A stretch of 64,000 bases of DNA from Gemmatimonadota bacterium (GTDB taxonomy: Bacteria > Gemmatimonadota > Gemmatimonadetes > Gemmatimonadales > GWC2-71-9). Location of the stretch: contig JANNSD010000034.1 of NCBI GenBank assembly GCA_031402225.1, positions 406 to 64,405 of the forward strand, given 5' to 3'. The translations under genes and the position numbers were made by a program. How positions within the stretch are numbered: the first letter of the stretch is position 1; the number at the start of each line of letters is the position of its first letter. The notes under the pieces were generated by a model. The model saw nothing but the letters and a program-made list of their open reading frames with translations. It had not been told where the DNA came from and searched no databases. Positions 50,732 to 61,579 of this stretch are shown here, piece after piece.

Positions 50732-53720
50732 ATGGGAGCGCGGCGCGCTCGGCTCGGGCCGAGTCGAGCATGGGCTTGAAGACGGGGTCGCTGTCGCGCC
50801 ACAGGTCGAGGAATGCATCATAACGCTGGGCCGATTCCTTCGGGCGGCCGAGCGCCTTCTGAATGCGGGCCTGCGCCAGCAGTGCCGGTCCGAGGAAGAC
50901 GAGTTCCTTCTCCGAGTTCTCACCGAGACTCTGGTACCAGGCCAGGGCGTCCTCCCCGCGGCCACGCTGGCGAAGAAGTTCCGCCCGGGTGAACCGCTCC
51001 AGCGCCCCACTGTAGAATGGCGAGACGAGGGTCAACTCATACCAGCTCTCGATGTGCAATGCCTCGAGTCCGGCGAGCGCGCTGTCGGGCCCGGCGGCAG
51101 CCAGGTCGACCTGGGCCCGCAGCCCCTGAGCCAATTCCAGCGCGAGCGGGGGTGCCTCCGGTCCGGTCCCGACTGCCTCGAGTTCCGCCGCGCGCTCCAT
51201 CGCCTCGGCCCGATCACCGCGACGGGCGTCGAGCAGGCCGAGGAGGTAGGTCTTCAGGATGGGATGCACGTCGCTGTGCGCGCTGTAGAACGCGCTTGGG
51301 TGCGTGCTGTGCGACGCAGTGTCCTCCGCGTTCCACCGGGCGAGCCGGGCCCGGGCGACATCCAGGTCCGCCTTCGACTGTGGGACAAACGGGAGCGCGC
51401 TGAACCAGGCATCGACGAGCGGGGCCTCGGCACCGCTCAGCCTGGCGGCAGCGCCGAGTTCACTCCTCGCAGCAGTCAGCCGTCCCCGGGCAAGCGCGAG
51501 GTGCGCCAGCAGGATGTGCCCCTGCGCCCGCACTTCCCGTGGCCGCGCCGGCTCGGTCATGACGCGGGCGATACGCTCGGCGCCGGGAATGTCCTGCGCG
51601 AAGACCGCGACCGACCAGAGGGCGATCGGGACCGTCGCGTCCGGCGCGCGGCCGAATGCGGTCACAGCCGAGTCCATCCCGGCGGAGTCGCGTCTGGTGA
51701 TGGCCTGCAGTGCGCGGAGTTCGAGGGTTCGGTCGCCGCTCGGGCTCAGTCGATAGAACCGGGCCGCGAGCGAGTCGAGTTCCTTCTGGTTTCCCTCGCG
51801 GGCCGCGATCCGGACCAGGTGATAGAGCGCACCGAGATCACCCGGGTCCAGGAAAAGCGCCCGCGAGAAGGGTTCCCTGGCACCGGTCATCGAGCCGCCG
51901 CGCAGCGGGCTACCATGGAAGAGGAGTTCGCCCAGCTGGTACCACGCCTCCGCGTCGTCGGGCCAGGTCTCGACGATCGCGCGGATCTGCTGCTCGGCAT
52001 CGCTCGACCGCCCCCGCCGCATGGCCAATACCGCTTCAAGGAGCCGACGGTCATGCACCGACAGCCGGCTGCTGTGGCGAAAGGCAAGCTCGGCCGAACG
52101 ACGCGAGTGGTCGACCCAGGCGAGCCGCTCCTGGGCCATGCTGAGGCGGTAATAGGCGAGAGCGAAGGCGGTGTCGGCGGCGACGGCTTCCTGAAACGCG
52201 GTCACGGCAGCGGCGTACTGACCGGCCCGGTACGACTGCTCTCCCGCCAGGTAGGCCTTGAGCGCCGGGAGCGACGCGGTCGTCACTGCGGCCGCCCGCA
52301 TCAGCCGCGCTCCGCCTTGTGCGGACCGGTCAGCGGCCAGGCGCGTGGCGAGGAGATCGACGAGCGACAACACTTCGCCGGGCTCACCGTCCACCGTGGC
52401 CTCGGCGAGGGGCTTCGCGGGGTTCGTCCGATCGAAGAGCGAGGCACTGAGCCGCAACTTGCCGCCCACCTCGAGCACGTCTCCCATCACGAACAACCCG
52501 GCATTGAAGTGGTCGGCCACCGTGCGAGCGCGCTCGACGGTCATCGCCGCGGCATCCTGACCGGCGAATCCGAGGAGGGCGTGGGCGTTGACGCTGCGGA
52601 GACCGGCGGCGCCGTCGAGGCTGGCGCTCAGGAGGTCGACGATGCCCTCACCGAGATAGGCGAACTGCGGTCCGCCGCGCACGGTGAACGGGAGCACGGC
52701 GATGACATTGGCTGACGCCGCGTCCGGTGGGGGCTTCGCTGTGCGCCGGAGTGCGAATACGGCCGCGAGGGCAAGGAGAATCGCAGCGGCGGCAATCGCG
52801 ACGCGCCGAGCGCTCGCGGGCGCGCCTCGGCGAGGCGAGGCCGTTTCCAGCGTGCGCAGTTGCGCCACGATGTCATCGGCGGACTGCACGCGCTCGTCGG
52901 GATTCTTGGCGAGGCAGCGCATGACGAGCGCAGCGAGGGCGGGCGGGCAGTCGGGGCGCTTCAGTTCGATCGGCGCGGGCGGCTGGGCGATATGCGCCGC
53001 CATCTGCTGTGCCGGTGTGGTGGCGGCGTAGGGCGACCCACCGGCCAGCATCTCGTACGCCACAAGTCCCAGGGCGTAGAGGTCGGCGCGATGATCGATG
53101 TTCGGATCGGCGGCGACCTGCTCCGGCGCCATGTAGGCGGGGGTGCCGAGGGAGACGCCGAGGGTGGTGAGTGCGTCAGGGCGCTGGCCTGCGGCCAGCG
53201 CCTTGGCGACGCCGAAGTCGAGCACGAGCGCGTGACCGTCGGCGAGGAAGATATTTTCCGGCTTGATGTCGCGGTGGACGACGCCGGCCTTGTGGGCCTT
53301 GGCGAGGGCATCGGCGATTTCACTGGTGTAGCGGGTCACTTCGTCGAGTGGCAACGGCCCGGTGCGCGCGAGGCGGGCGCGGAGGGTTTCGCCGTCGACG
53401 TAGGGCATGACGTAGAAGAGGAGCGATCCTTCCCCTTCGCGGCGCTCAGGGTCAGGATGACCAACGGTGATGGCGCCGCTGTCGAAGAGCGGAAGAATGT
53501 GGGGATGGCGGAGGTTGGCGGTCGTCTCGATTTCGCGGAGGAAGCGATCGGCGCCGAGTGCGGCGGCGAGTTCGGGGCGGAGGACCTTGATGGCGACCTG
53601 CCGATTGTGCTTGAGGTCGTGGGCGAGGTAGACGGTGGCCATGCCGCCGTGGCCGATCTCGCGCTCGATCCGGTAGCGGTCACTGAGCGCGCTGGTGAGG
53701 CGGTCCTGGGCGGGATTCAC
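50721..53720 (-). CDS. Ser/Thr protein kinase with one TM segment and a long periplasmic TPR-like domain
   Basis: [29 protein letters not shown]; TM VAIAAAAILLALAAVFAL; C-terminal helical repeats. Confidence 0.9.
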   Translation of the reverse strand: MNPAQDRLTSALSDRYRIEREIGHGGMATVYLAHDLKHNRQVAIKVLRPELAAALGADRFLREIETTANLRHPHILPLFDSGAITVGHPDPERREGEGSLLFYVMPYVDGETLRARLARTGPLPLDEVTRYTSEIADALAKAHKAGVVHRDIKPENIFLADGHALVLDFGVAKALAAGQRPDALTTLGVSLGTPAYMAPEQVAADPNIDHRADLYALGLVAYEMLAGGSPYAATTPAQQMAAHIAQPPAPIELKRPDCPPALAALVMRCLAKNPDERVQSADDIVAQLRTLETASPRRGAPASARRVAIAAAAILLALAAVFALRRTAKPPPDAASANVIAVLPFTVRGGPQFAYLGEGIVDLLSASLDGAAGLRSVNAHALLGFAGQDAAAMTVERARTVADHFNAGLFVMGDVLEVGGKLRLSASLFDRTNPAKPLAEATVDGEPGEVLSLVDLLATRLAADRSAQGGARLMRAAAVTTASLPALKAYLAGEQSYRAGQYAAAVTAFQEAVAADTAFALAYYRLSMAQERLAWVDHSRRSAELAFRHSSRLSVHDRRLLEAVLAMRRGRSSDAEQQIRAIVETWPDDAEAWYQLGELLFHGSPLRGGSMTGAREPFSRALFLDPGDLGALYHLVRIAAREGNQKELDSLAARFYRLSPSGDRTLELRALQAITRRDSAGMDSAVTAFGRAPDATVPIALWSVAVFAQDIPGAERIARVMTEPARPREVRAQGHILLAHLALARGRLTAARSELGAAARLSGAEAPLVDAWFSALPFVPQSKADLDVARARLARWNAEDTASHSTHPSAFYSAHSDVHPILKTYLLGLLDARRGDRAEAMERAAELEAVGTGPEAPPLALELAQGLRAQVDLAAAGPDSALAGLEALHIESWYELTLVSPFYSGALERFTRAELLRQRGRGEDALAWYQSLGENSEKELVFLGPALLAQARIQKALGRPKESAQRYDAFLDLWRDSDPVFKPMLDSARAERAALPLSS
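53425..53461 (-). repeat. REP-like element type 1, extended copy b, in frame inside the kinase catalytic domain
   Basis: GATCCTTCCCCTTCGCGGCGCTCAGGGTCAGGATGAC encodes GHPDPERREGEGS between DSGA and LLFYVMPY. Confidence 0.8.
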
Positions 53721-53950
53721 GCGGCGAAACTTGCACGCGGGGGCTGCGGGCGGCTAGGGCACGGCGGTGACAGCAGGTTTCCTGTGCTTCGTCCATGACG
53801 GGCACGAAGAACACGAAGAAACGGATCAGGTCGATGCGGAGCGGCGTCACTTCGTGCGCCCTCAATGGCGCGGCGCGTCGGGGAGTCAGTCTCCCCGACG
53901 CGCACGCGTCCAGTACTGCGGTTTCAGCCGAACTGTCAGGGTGGCCGGCC

Positions 53951-56821
53951 CTAGAACAAGCACAGGCTCCCATTAAAGAACTGTCCGGCGGGGCAGGGAT
54001 TGCTGAGCACCACCAGCGTCAGCGCCGTCTGGATAGTCTGGGTGGCATTCACCGCCCGGACGGTCACCGGGTAGTTACCCGCTGTGGTCGGCTGTCCCGA
54101 GACGGCGCCGGAGCTCGTGTCGAGGGTCAGTCCGGGAGGCAGTACGCCACTCACGATAGACCAGGTGTACGGGCCAGCCGAGGGAGTCACCTCGAACCTG
54201 AGGACGTTGTTCTGGTTGGTGTAGATCCGGTCGCCGCCTACGTCGGTGTTGATCCCGATGATGGCACCCACGACAAGGGTCATGGCACGTTCGGCAGACA
54301 GCGCGAGGCTCGTCACCCGCACCGTGAAGTTGAACGTCCCTTCCGTTGTCGGGGTGCCAGTGATCGCGCCGGAGGACTGGAGCGCAAGGCCCGGCGGAAG
54401 GGACCCAGTGACCAGGCTCCAGGACTTGCTGGCGGTGCCGCCAGTGGCCTGCAGCGTGCCGGTGTATGGCGCGCCGAGCGCCCCGCGGGGAAGGGTCGGA
54501 CCGATGGCGAGTGGAATTGCGAATGTGGCTGCGACGGTGGTGGTCGCGTTGAGCACCACGGGACATGATGCATTGCCGGTGCAGCCGCCGCCGCTCCATT
54601 CGGCGAGGACGCCTCCCGCCTGCGCGTTGCCCACCCCGGTCAGGGTCACGGTCGAGCCTGAAATGAAGTCTGCCGCGCAGGTTCCGATCACGAGCCCCTG
54701 GAACAGCTCGCAACTGATCCCAGCCGGATTCGACGTCACTGTGCCGCCGGAACCGACGCCCGACACGGTGACGGTGAGGCGCACGTTGCCCCCGGGCGAA
54801 CCCGCCACCGCGATCCCGAGCGCGCGTTCACCCGACTGCGTGCCGCTCGTGGCCCGCACCGTGAACGAGGTGGAGCCTGCCACGGTCGGCGAGCCTGAAA
54901 TCACCCCGGAGTTCGGGTTGAGCGTGAGCCCGGCCGGCAGCGCACCGGCGATGATGCTCCACACGTAGCTGCCCGTGCCACCGGTTGCCTGCAGCGTCGC
55001 ATTGTACGTTGTGCCGACCGTGGCCCCGGGGAGCGACAGCGTGGACACCGTCACCGGCGCCGGTGCCGTGAAGGTTGCGGTCACGTTCCTGGCCTGGTCG
55101 AGCGTCACCTGGCAGGTAGCCGCGCTGCCAGTGCACGACCCGCCCCACCCGCCGAACGCGCTCCCGTTCGTGGGCGTTGCCGCCAGCGACACCTGCGACC
55201 CCACCCCGAACGAACCGGTGCAGGTGCCGGTCTGGCCGGTGCTGAGGAGCTGGCACGAGATGGGCCCCGGCGTCGAGACGACGTTGCCGGTGCCGGCGCC
55301 CTGTACCGTCACGCCGAGTTGCACGTTGCCGAGCGCGCTCACGGTGAGGGTGTACTGACGCGACGCTGCGAGGCCCCCGCTCTGGGCGACGAAGGTCAGC
55401 GGGAAGGACCCGGCAAAGTTCGGGGTGCCGGAGATGATGCCGCTGCTCCCGTTGAGCGAAAGTCCGCCTGGCAGTGCGCCGCTTGAAATTGACCACGCAT
55501 AGGTCCCGGTTCCGCCGGTGGCGGCCAGTTGTGCGAAGTACGCCTGGGTCACCGTTCCCCCGGGCAATGACGCCGTCGTGATCGTCACCGCCTGACCCGC
55601 GGGTTGGCGGGTGATCGTGGCAACGCCGGAGACGGTGGCACCTTGGGTGGCACAATCACTGCCGCTGAAGTTCGTGGTCATCTCAAGGCCCGTCACACTC
55701 ACGGTCGACTGTCCCGACCACGTCCCTGGACAGTTCGGGGCATTCGTCATCGTCCAGGTAAATACGGTGCGGCCGACGAGAGAGCCGGTCAGCGTCCCCG
55801 TCCGGCTGAGCTGCGCAGTGCCCGGAAGCACATAGGTCCCTGTGATCGACCCACCCGCGGCTTCCACCAGGGCGAAGCTGACCGCCAGGTCAGTTGACGA
55901 TCCGGCTGCCCGGAACGTGCCCAACCACGCGCCGGACAGCGATTGCAGCGGATCCACCGCGCCGAACGGGCTGAACTTCCTCACCCGCCCGCCAATGCCG
56001 GGGCGGCGCAGCTGCAGTGATGCGCCGGCCTTGACGCTGCTGGTGACGTCATCACAGTCGAGGAACGGGGCGCTCGCCACCTCCAGCAATTCGATGGTGG
56101 ATCGGTCATCCGGGTCGGGGTGAGCCAGTTGCAGGATGTCGAAGAGGAAGTCCGGCGGATAGTAAGCGCTGTTCACGTCCGCCAGCTGGCAGATGCCGAT
56201 GATACCGTCGGCGCCGAGCGTGATGTCGGGCGCGAACCTGAACTCGAAGAAGAGGGGATACTGATCGAGGTCGGTGGGCAGGGGGCCCCTTCTCGGGGCA
56301 AACGCCGAGGTGTCGGGGAGCCGCCGGATGGACAGCAGCGTCGTCCGGGGTGGCGCCCCGGCGGGAATGTCGAGGCCCGCGTGATCCGATGGGGTGACGA
56401 ACAAGCCACCGGTACTGCGGACCACGGCGACCAACCCGTCGTCGCCGAAGGTTGCGGCCTCCAGGCCCGGATCACCCACGCCGGCAATCACGAAGGCGTC
56501 GGTGAGGAACTCGTCCAGTGGCCCCGGCTGCGTGGCCAGCGACGCGGGCAGGCGCCCGCCGTAGTACTCGGCGAGTGTGAGGTCCGCGAGGTCGAAGGCC
56601 GCGGCTTCCGCCGCCGTCGAGTTCCCCTGTCCCGCCGCCGAGACCACCTCCTCCGCCAGGGTCCGGGCCTCGTCCCGCGCATCGCCAGCGGGGAAGAGGG
56701 CGTCCGCCTGCGCTTCCAGGTCGCTGGGTTGTGGCGTCGGGTCGTCAGAGTCTCCGCCGCAGGCTGCAACTGCCGTGAGCAAGACAATCGACAGCCAGGC
56801 GCGAACGCGACGGAAAGGCAT
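53951..56821 (-). CDS. Large lipoprotein with repeated 'putative Ig' (dystroglycan/cadherin-like) domains
   Basis: Lipobox [10 protein letters not shown]. Several repeats of the type [49 protein letters not shown]. Confidence 0.8.
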   Translation of the reverse strand: MPFRRVRAWLSIVLLTAVAACGGDSDDPTPQPSDLEAQADALFPAGDARDEARTLAEEVVSAAGQGNSTAAEAAAFDLADLTLAEYYGGRLPASLATQPGPLDEFLTDAFVIAGVGDPGLEAATFGDDGLVAVVRSTGGLFVTPSDHAGLDIPAGAPPRTTLLSIRRLPDTSAFAPRRGPLPTDLDQYPLFFEFRFAPDITLGADGIIGICQLADVNSAYYPPDFLFDILQLAHPDPDDRSTIELLEVASAPFLDCDDVTSSVKAGASLQLRRPGIGGRVRKFSPFGAVDPLQSLSGAWLGTFRAAGSSTDLAVSFALVEAAGGSITGTYVLPGTAQLSRTGTLTGSLVGRTVFTWTMTNAPNCPGTWSGQSTVSVTGLEMTTNFSGSDCATQGATVSGVATITRQPAGQAVTITTASLPGGTVTQAYFAQLAATGGTGTYAWSISSGALPGGLSLNGSSGIISGTPNFAGSFPLTFVAQSGGLAASRQYTLTVSALGNVQLGVTVQGAGTGNVVSTPGPISCQLLSTGQTGTCTGSFGVGSQVSLAATPTNGSAFGGWGGSCTGSAATCQVTLDQARNVTATFTAPAPVTVSTLSLPGATVGTTYNATLQATGGTGSYVWSIIAGALPAGLTLNPNSGVISGSPTVAGSTSFTVRATSGTQSGERALGIAVAGSPGGNVRLTVTVSGVGSGGTVTSNPAGISCELFQGLVIGTCAADFISGSTVTLTGVGNAQAGGVLAEWSGGGCTGNASCPVVLNATTTVAATFAIPLAIGPTLPRGALGAPYTGTLQATGGTASKSWSLVTGSLPPGLALQSSGAITGTPTTEGTFNFTVRVTSLALSAERAMTLVVGAIIGINTDVGGDRIYTNQNNVLRFEVTPSAGPYTWSIVSGVLPPGLTLDTSSGAVSGQPTTAGNYPVTVRAVNATQTIQTALTLVVLSNPCPAGQFFNGSLCLF

Positions 56822-56880
56822 GGCATGCTCCTGAGCTGGGCACCGTGACCGGTACCCGTGGGGATGGATGTATTCCCTGC

Positions 56881-57045
56881 TTAACGCTGGGGCCGACCGC
56901 GTTGTCTCACTCGCCGGAGGCGGTCACGGCTAGCACTGCCCCGGGTCCAGGCCCTGGAGGACAAGCGTTCCTGCACATGGCCGAGTTCGCGCTCGATGCG
57001 GTAGCGGTCGGCGAGGGCGCCGATGAGGCGTTCGAGGCTATTCAA
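56881..57045 (-). pseudogene. Ser/Thr kinase 5' stub (22 N-terminal codons then unrelated sequence)
   Basis: Own translation from TTG 57045: LNSLERLIGALADRYRIERELG followed by HVQERLSSRAW... . Preceded by REP-like copy c. Confidence 0.4.
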
Positions 57046-57048
57046 GGT

Positions 57049-57074
57049 GGTCCTTCGCTTCGCTCAGGACTCAC
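57049..57074 (-). repeat. REP-like element type 1, copy c (GGTCCTTCGCTTCGCTCAGGACTCAC)
   Basis: The stem is GTCCT/AGGAC instead of ATCCT/AGGAT, a compensatory pair change. Confidence 0.8.
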
Positions 57075-57111
57075 GCGAGTGGGCAATCGGTCTGGGGGAG
57101 GTCGTCGAGAT

Positions 57112-57264
57112 TCACACGCCGTCCGGACCGTAGCCGAGGGCTGCCTCTTCCTCCGCCTTTGTCAGGCGACGCCCCAACTGCTCGGCGGGGATCGTTGGCC
57201 AGATCTCGCGTTCCGGAACCCGGCGGAGGCGATCGGCGGGATCGTTCCTGATGTTGACTGCCAT
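57112..57264 (-). pseudogene. VapB-type (Rv0623/PSK-like) antitoxin, shortened; no partner toxin
   Basis: MAVNIRNDPADRL...EIWPTIP...LTKAEEEAALGYGPDGV keeps both ends of the family (MALNIKD... / EIWP...LGY) but is only 50 aa. Confidence 0.4.
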
Positions 57265-57387
57265 GGCCCGTCCACGTGGAGTAATTGCAGAAAATTCACC
57301 ATCGTAGAACGATGAGCGGCCCCGGCAGGCCCTCCTCAATGAGGTGGCCAACGAAGCACAGCGGCTGAAGCTCGGCTACTAGCAGGC

Positions 57388-57715
57388 ATGGCTTTCGTCG
57401 TCGTTTACGATGCCTGCGTGCTGTATCCGGCGTCAGTGCGAGACCTGCTCCTCCGAATCGCTTCCAAGGGGCTGGTACGGGCAAGATGGTCGGAGCAGAT
57501 CCTGGATGAGTGCTTTCGCAGCATTCTCGAGCCCTATGGCATCGAGGCGAAGCATCCGGATGACTTCGTGATCGACGCTGAGATCGCAGAATTTGGGGCA
57601 ATCAGTGGCGATGCTGCGCGACATGATGGGTGCGACCGCCCGAGACCTCTAGCAGCAAATCGAGCCTGCCGCCAGGCGAGCGGAGGCGACGATTCCTGCC
57701 TTTGCCTCGGTGGTG
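57388..57715 (+). pseudogene. PIN-domain toxin remnant with internal deletion, a frameshift and an in-frame stop
   Basis: MAFVVVYDACVLYPASVRDLLLRIASKGLVRARWSEQILDE is joined directly to LEPYGIEAKHPDDFV. The tail SVAMLRDMMGATARDL*QQIEPAARR is in another frame. Upstream there is only a 24-codon antitoxin tail (...ALLNEVANEAQRLKLGY). Confidence 0.45.
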
Positions 57716-57722
57716 AACAGCG

Positions 57723-58227
57723 TCAGACGTCGGGCGCGGGTGGCCCTCCTGCGTCGGACAGTCCCACCCGCTGCACCATCGGCCAGTAGCGTGGGTCCCT
57801 CGGATCGGATCGAGCCGGGGATGGACCCGCAGCAGGATCAGCCCCGACGCCTTCTCCGTGACCGCAATCTCGAGCCACCTGAACGCCTCGCCTACGTCGC
57901 CCAGGCTGGCATGCAGCGCGCCGAGGCGACCCGATCCTTCCCCTTCGCTGCGCTCGGGGTCAGGATGACGCGGGTGGGTGGCACCCGAGTCGAACAGCGG
58001 GACGTGTGCGGATGCTGCAGGTTCGCGGTGGTCTTGATCTCGCTGAGGAACCGCTCGGCGCCGATGACGGCGGCGAGTTCGGGGCGGAGGACCTTGATGG
58101 CGACCTGGCGGTCGTGCTTGAGGTCATGCGCGAGGTAGACGGTGGCCATGCCGCCCTGGCCGAGCTCGCGCTCAAGGCGGTAGCGGTCAGCGAGGGCCGC
58201 GGCGAGCCGCGCGCCGGCGCCGCTCAC
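57723..58227 (-). pseudogene. Chimeric Ser/Thr kinase remnant: N-terminal 70 aa, REP-like element, then the C-terminal TPR tail, with at least two frameshifts
   Basis: From GTG 58227 (overlapping the upstream kinase stop as GTGA): ...[39 protein letters not shown]...LQHPH. After a frameshift: [22 protein letters not shown]. Then [47 protein letters not shown]. Confidence 0.55.
57933..57969 (-). repeat. REP-like element type 1, extended copy d
   Basis: GATCCTTCCCCTTCGCTGCGCTCGGGGTCAGGATGAC, at the same kinase position (after DSGA) as copy b. Confidence 0.8.
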
Positions 58228-60914
58228 GGCTTCACCTTCGCCTTCAGTTCCTCGAACCAGTTCTCCACCAGCAAGAAGGTGCGCTCGGCGGCCTCCGCGC
58301 GGCGCACCACGCGCGCCATGAGGAAGCGCTGGTCGTCCAGCGAGAGGTCGAACGGGGTGTAGCGCTCGTTGCGGGTGAGGTAGAGATCCTCGCCGAGCGT
58401 GAAGAGGATGCGGCGCGCGCCGAACTGGGGCGTGGCGCCGCCCTGCATGGGGGCGACCACCATGTTGCGCTCGGCGTCCACGAAGAAGAGCTCCCGGCCG
58501 CTGTGGGCCCAGAGCGGGGCCTGGCCGCCGTTGGTGGAGACCTGCCACTTGCCGCTGTCGGTGGCCGGGAAGGGGCGCACGTAGATCTCGGAGCTGCCGG
58601 TCTCGTTGGACTCGTAGGCGAGCCACTTCCCGTCCGGCGACAGCGCGGGCGCCGCTTCGTCCACGTCGGGCGTCGCCACGAGCGGCACGGGCGCGCTGTC
58701 CACGCCCGGCCGGATCCCGAAGATGTTCCGCCCGGCGGTCGCGCCGACCTCCCCGCCCCGGCGGAACACCAGCCAGCGGCCGTCCGGCGAGGCGAGGACT
58801 TCGTCGATCGTGCCGGGATCGGTGAACCTGAGGAAGATCTCGGTGCTTCCCGTCCCGTCGGCGCGCTGCCGGCCCAGCTCGGTATTGCGACGGGAGTACA
58901 TCACGGACCGTCCGTCCGGCGTCCACCGGGGACGCGAGTCGTCGGTGCTGTCCCGCGTCAGGCGCGAGAGCGGGCCGGCCGGCAGCTCCTTGATCCAGAC
59001 GTCGTCGCCCGACTCGGTGTTGAGTCCGATGGCGAGCCGCTTCCCGTCGGGCGAGAGGGCCCAGCCGACGTTGCCGGCCATCTGGGTGAGGCGGAAGGTC
59101 CACGCCGAGTCGACCGGGCGCTGTATGCCCGTTCGGTCCACCCATACCAGCGTGTGCCGCTCCCCGGACCCGCCGGCGGTCGCGTTGCTGCCGACCTCCA
59201 TCACCACCGTGCCGGTGGACGACACCGTGGCCCCCTTCACGCCGCCGCCGAAGACCGGCACGGGCGTGCTGCGGAACTCCAGCGCCTTCAGGTCGAAGGG
59301 CGCCGCGAAGACCTGCCCATCCCTGGCGACGTACGCCACGTGCCCCGAGTGCACGTACCCGCCCTGGCGCTCGCCCGGGAGCAGCACCCTGGCGTCGCCG
59401 GATGCGAGGTCGAGCACCCAGAGATCGGACGTCGCGCAGTTGAAGCTGCACGAGGTGAAGAGCACGCCGCGGCCGCGCGGAAGTGCGGCAGGAAACACCA
59501 AGAGCCGCCCCTGGGCTTCCGGCGCCCGGAGCAGGGTGGACGGGCCGCCTGCCTCGGAGACGCGCATGAGGTTGAAGGTGCCGCGCTGGACGTAGACGAT
59601 CGTGCCGTCATCCAGCCATGCGACGCCGAAGGGCACCGCGGAGTCCGCGAGCGTGGTGATCGCACCCCCGGTGATGGGCATCTTCTTCAACTGGAGGTTC
59701 TGCCCGAAGGCGATCCACTCGCCGTCGGGCGAAATGAACGGACTGCTGGCGTTCGTCGTCCCGAGGAGTGGGGTGGCCGGGTACTCGTCGCGACGCTTCA
59801 CCCAGAGCTGTCGCTGCTGGCTGCTGTCGCCCGGGCCCTGGTACACCAGCCGCGATCCGTCGGGCGTGATCGCGACGCCTCCGAGCGGGGCCTGCCCGTC
59901 CGCGAATGCCAGGCCGTAGCGGGCCACCGGCCGCGGGGGCTCGGGCCGGAGCCAGCCCCACGCGGCGAGCGCGGCGGTGCCGAGCAGCGCGGCCGCGAGA
60001 CCCCAGACGATCGCGCGCGAGGCGCGCGTCACGGGGTGGGCCGCGGTCATCGCGACCGTCGCCGGATAGGTCACGCCCTTGCCGCTGCCCTCGAGCGCGT
60101 CGATGAACTCCTTGGCGCTCCCGAAGCGGTCGGCGGGGAGCTTCTGCAGCGCGGTGAGTACCGCCCCCTCGACTGCGGGCGGCACCGTGGGCCGCTTCGG
60201 GCGGAGCGGCGGCGGGTTCTCCGTCAGCACCTTGGCCACGATGGCCTGCGAGCTGGGGCCGATGAAGGGCGGCTCGCCGGCGAGCATTTCGTAGGTCATG
60301 GCACCCAGGGCATAGACGTCGCTGCGCGGGCCGATGTCGCGGTCGCCCATGGCCTGCTCGGGGCTCATGTAGGCGGGCGTGCCGAGGCTCATGCCGGTCT
60401 GGGTCATGCGGCTGCCGCCGGCCTGCTGCACGGCGAGGGCGATGCCGAAGTCGGCCACGAGCGCCTGGCCGTCCTGCAGCAGGATGTTCTCCGGCTTGAT
60501 GTCGCGGTGCACCACGCCACGCTTGTGGGCGAACTCGAGCGCGCTCGCCACTTCCTTGGCGATCCGCACGGCCGCGTCGACAGGGAGCTGCCGCTCGCGC
60601 ACGAGCCAGCCGCGCAGCGTCTCGCCCTCGATGAAGGGCATGACGTAGTAGAGCAGGCCATCAGCCGCGCCCGAGTCGATCAGCCCCAGGATGTGCGGAT
60701 GCTGCAGGCTCGCCGTGGTCTTGATCTCGGTGAGGAAGCGCTCGCCCCCGATGACGGCACTGAGCTCGGGGTGCAGCACCTTGATCGCCACCTTGCGCTC
60801 GTGCTTCAGGTCCTCGGCGAGGTAGACGGTGGCCATGCCGCCCTGGCCGAGTTCACGGTCGAGGCGATAGCGGTCACTGAGTGCGGCGGTGAGGCGATCG
60901 AGGGTGGGATTCAC
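58224..60914 (-). CDS. Ser/Thr protein kinase with TM segment and TolB-like (PD40/WD40-like) beta-propeller
   Basis: [29 protein letters not shown]; [20 protein letters not shown]. The C-terminal half has repeated SPDG...LAF/Y propeller blades. Confidence 0.9.
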   Translation of the reverse strand: MNPTLDRLTAALSDRYRLDRELGQGGMATVYLAEDLKHERKVAIKVLHPELSAVIGGERFLTEIKTTASLQHPHILGLIDSGAADGLLYYVMPFIEGETLRGWLVRERQLPVDAAVRIAKEVASALEFAHKRGVVHRDIKPENILLQDGQALVADFGIALAVQQAGGSRMTQTGMSLGTPAYMSPEQAMGDRDIGPRSDVYALGAMTYEMLAGEPPFIGPSSQAIVAKVLTENPPPLRPKRPTVPPAVEGAVLTALQKLPADRFGSAKEFIDALEGSGKGVTYPATVAMTAAHPVTRASRAIVWGLAAALLGTAALAAWGWLRPEPPRPVARYGLAFADGQAPLGGVAITPDGSRLVYQGPGDSSQQRQLWVKRRDEYPATPLLGTTNASSPFISPDGEWIAFGQNLQLKKMPITGGAITTLADSAVPFGVAWLDDGTIVYVQRGTFNLMRVSEAGGPSTLLRAPEAQGRLLVFPAALPRGRGVLFTSCSFNCATSDLWVLDLASGDARVLLPGERQGGYVHSGHVAYVARDGQVFAAPFDLKALEFRSTPVPVFGGGVKGATVSSTGTVVMEVGSNATAGGSGERHTLVWVDRTGIQRPVDSAWTFRLTQMAGNVGWALSPDGKRLAIGLNTESGDDVWIKELPAGPLSRLTRDSTDDSRPRWTPDGRSVMYSRRNTELGRQRADGTGSTEIFLRFTDPGTIDEVLASPDGRWLVFRRGGEVGATAGRNIFGIRPGVDSAPVPLVATPDVDEAAPALSPDGKWLAYESNETGSSEIYVRPFPATDSGKWQVSTNGGQAPLWAHSGRELFFVDAERNMVVAPMQGGATPQFGARRILFTLGEDLYLTRNERYTPFDLSLDDQRFLMARVVRRAEAAERTFLLVENWFEELKAKVKP

Positions 60915-61009
60915 GGGGCGAAACTTGCACGGTGGGGCAGCGTGCGGCTAGGGGATCGCACCGGCAGCGGGTGCCTACGTTGCGTCCATGACCTGCGCGA
61001 AGAAGCGGT

Positions 61010-61477
61010 TCAGGTCGATCCGGAGCGGTGGCACGTCCGGCCCGGCCACGTGATGTCGTGGTCGAGCACTTCGGGCCTGGCATCGCCGGGACGCCAGCAC
61101 TCCACCAGCCGGGCGTCGAGGTCCACGATCCAGTATCCGGGTACGCCGGCGCGCTGGTAGAACCGGCGCTTGGTGCCGCGGTCGTATCGCGCGGTGGATG
61201 GTGAGGCGACTTCGATGACGAGGATGGGCGTGGGGGCGTCTTCCCAGCGGTCGAACCGGGGGCCGGGCGGCACCACGAACAGGTCGGGCTGGGTGAGCTG
61301 ATCGGGGAGCACCTCGAGATCGGCCGGGAGGTTAAAGCAACGGCCGATGGGGTGCTCCCGCAGGTAGGCCGCAAGCACGTCATACAACACCATGACGCCG
61401 TCCTGATGCCGCACCCCGTCGTCGGGAAGCGCCAGTACTTCAGCGCGGGTCCAGCGGGCCACGTCAGGCATAGCCAT
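61010..61477 (-). CDS. Uma2-family (DUF820) endonuclease-like protein, possibly internally shortened
   Basis: WTRAEVLALPDDGVR..., QPDLFVV, PILVIEVASPSTARYDRGTKRRFYQRAGVPGYWIVD. The usual YELIDG segment after PDDG appears to be missing. Confidence 0.55.
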   Translation of the reverse strand: MAMPDVARWTRAEVLALPDDGVRHQDGVMVLYDVLAAYLREHPIGRCFNLPADLEVLPDQLTQPDLFVVPPGPRFDRWEDAPTPILVIEVASPSTARYDRGTKRRFYQRAGVPGYWIVDLDARLVECWRPGDARPEVLDHDITWPGRTCHRSGST

Positions 61478-61509
61478 AGCGTACGCTCGGCGGTGCCGGG
61501 GGGCAACCC

Positions 61510-61572
61510 GATCCTTCGCTGCGCTCAGGATGACAGCGGGCCTCGCAATGACAGCGGGCCTCGCAATGACAC
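61510..61572 (-). repeat. REP-like element type 1 copy e (61510..61534) followed by 2.4 tandem copies of the 18-nt unit ATGACAGCGGGCCTCGCA
   Basis: Located between the kinase stop (61580) and the Uma2 start (61477). Confidence 0.85.
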
Positions 61573-61579
61573 CGAGATC

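Noticed and set aside
58228-59451. Upstream part of the 519-aa minus-strand ORF 57892..59451
   Set aside because: It is an alternative frame across the intact kinase's propeller region and is Arg/Gly-rich. Only the final 111 codons correspond to the kinase remnant.
58503-61160. 885-aa plus-strand ORF
   Set aside because: It is antisense to the kinase/TolB-propeller gene, has low-complexity Arg/Gly/Pro content, and shows no recognisable domain.
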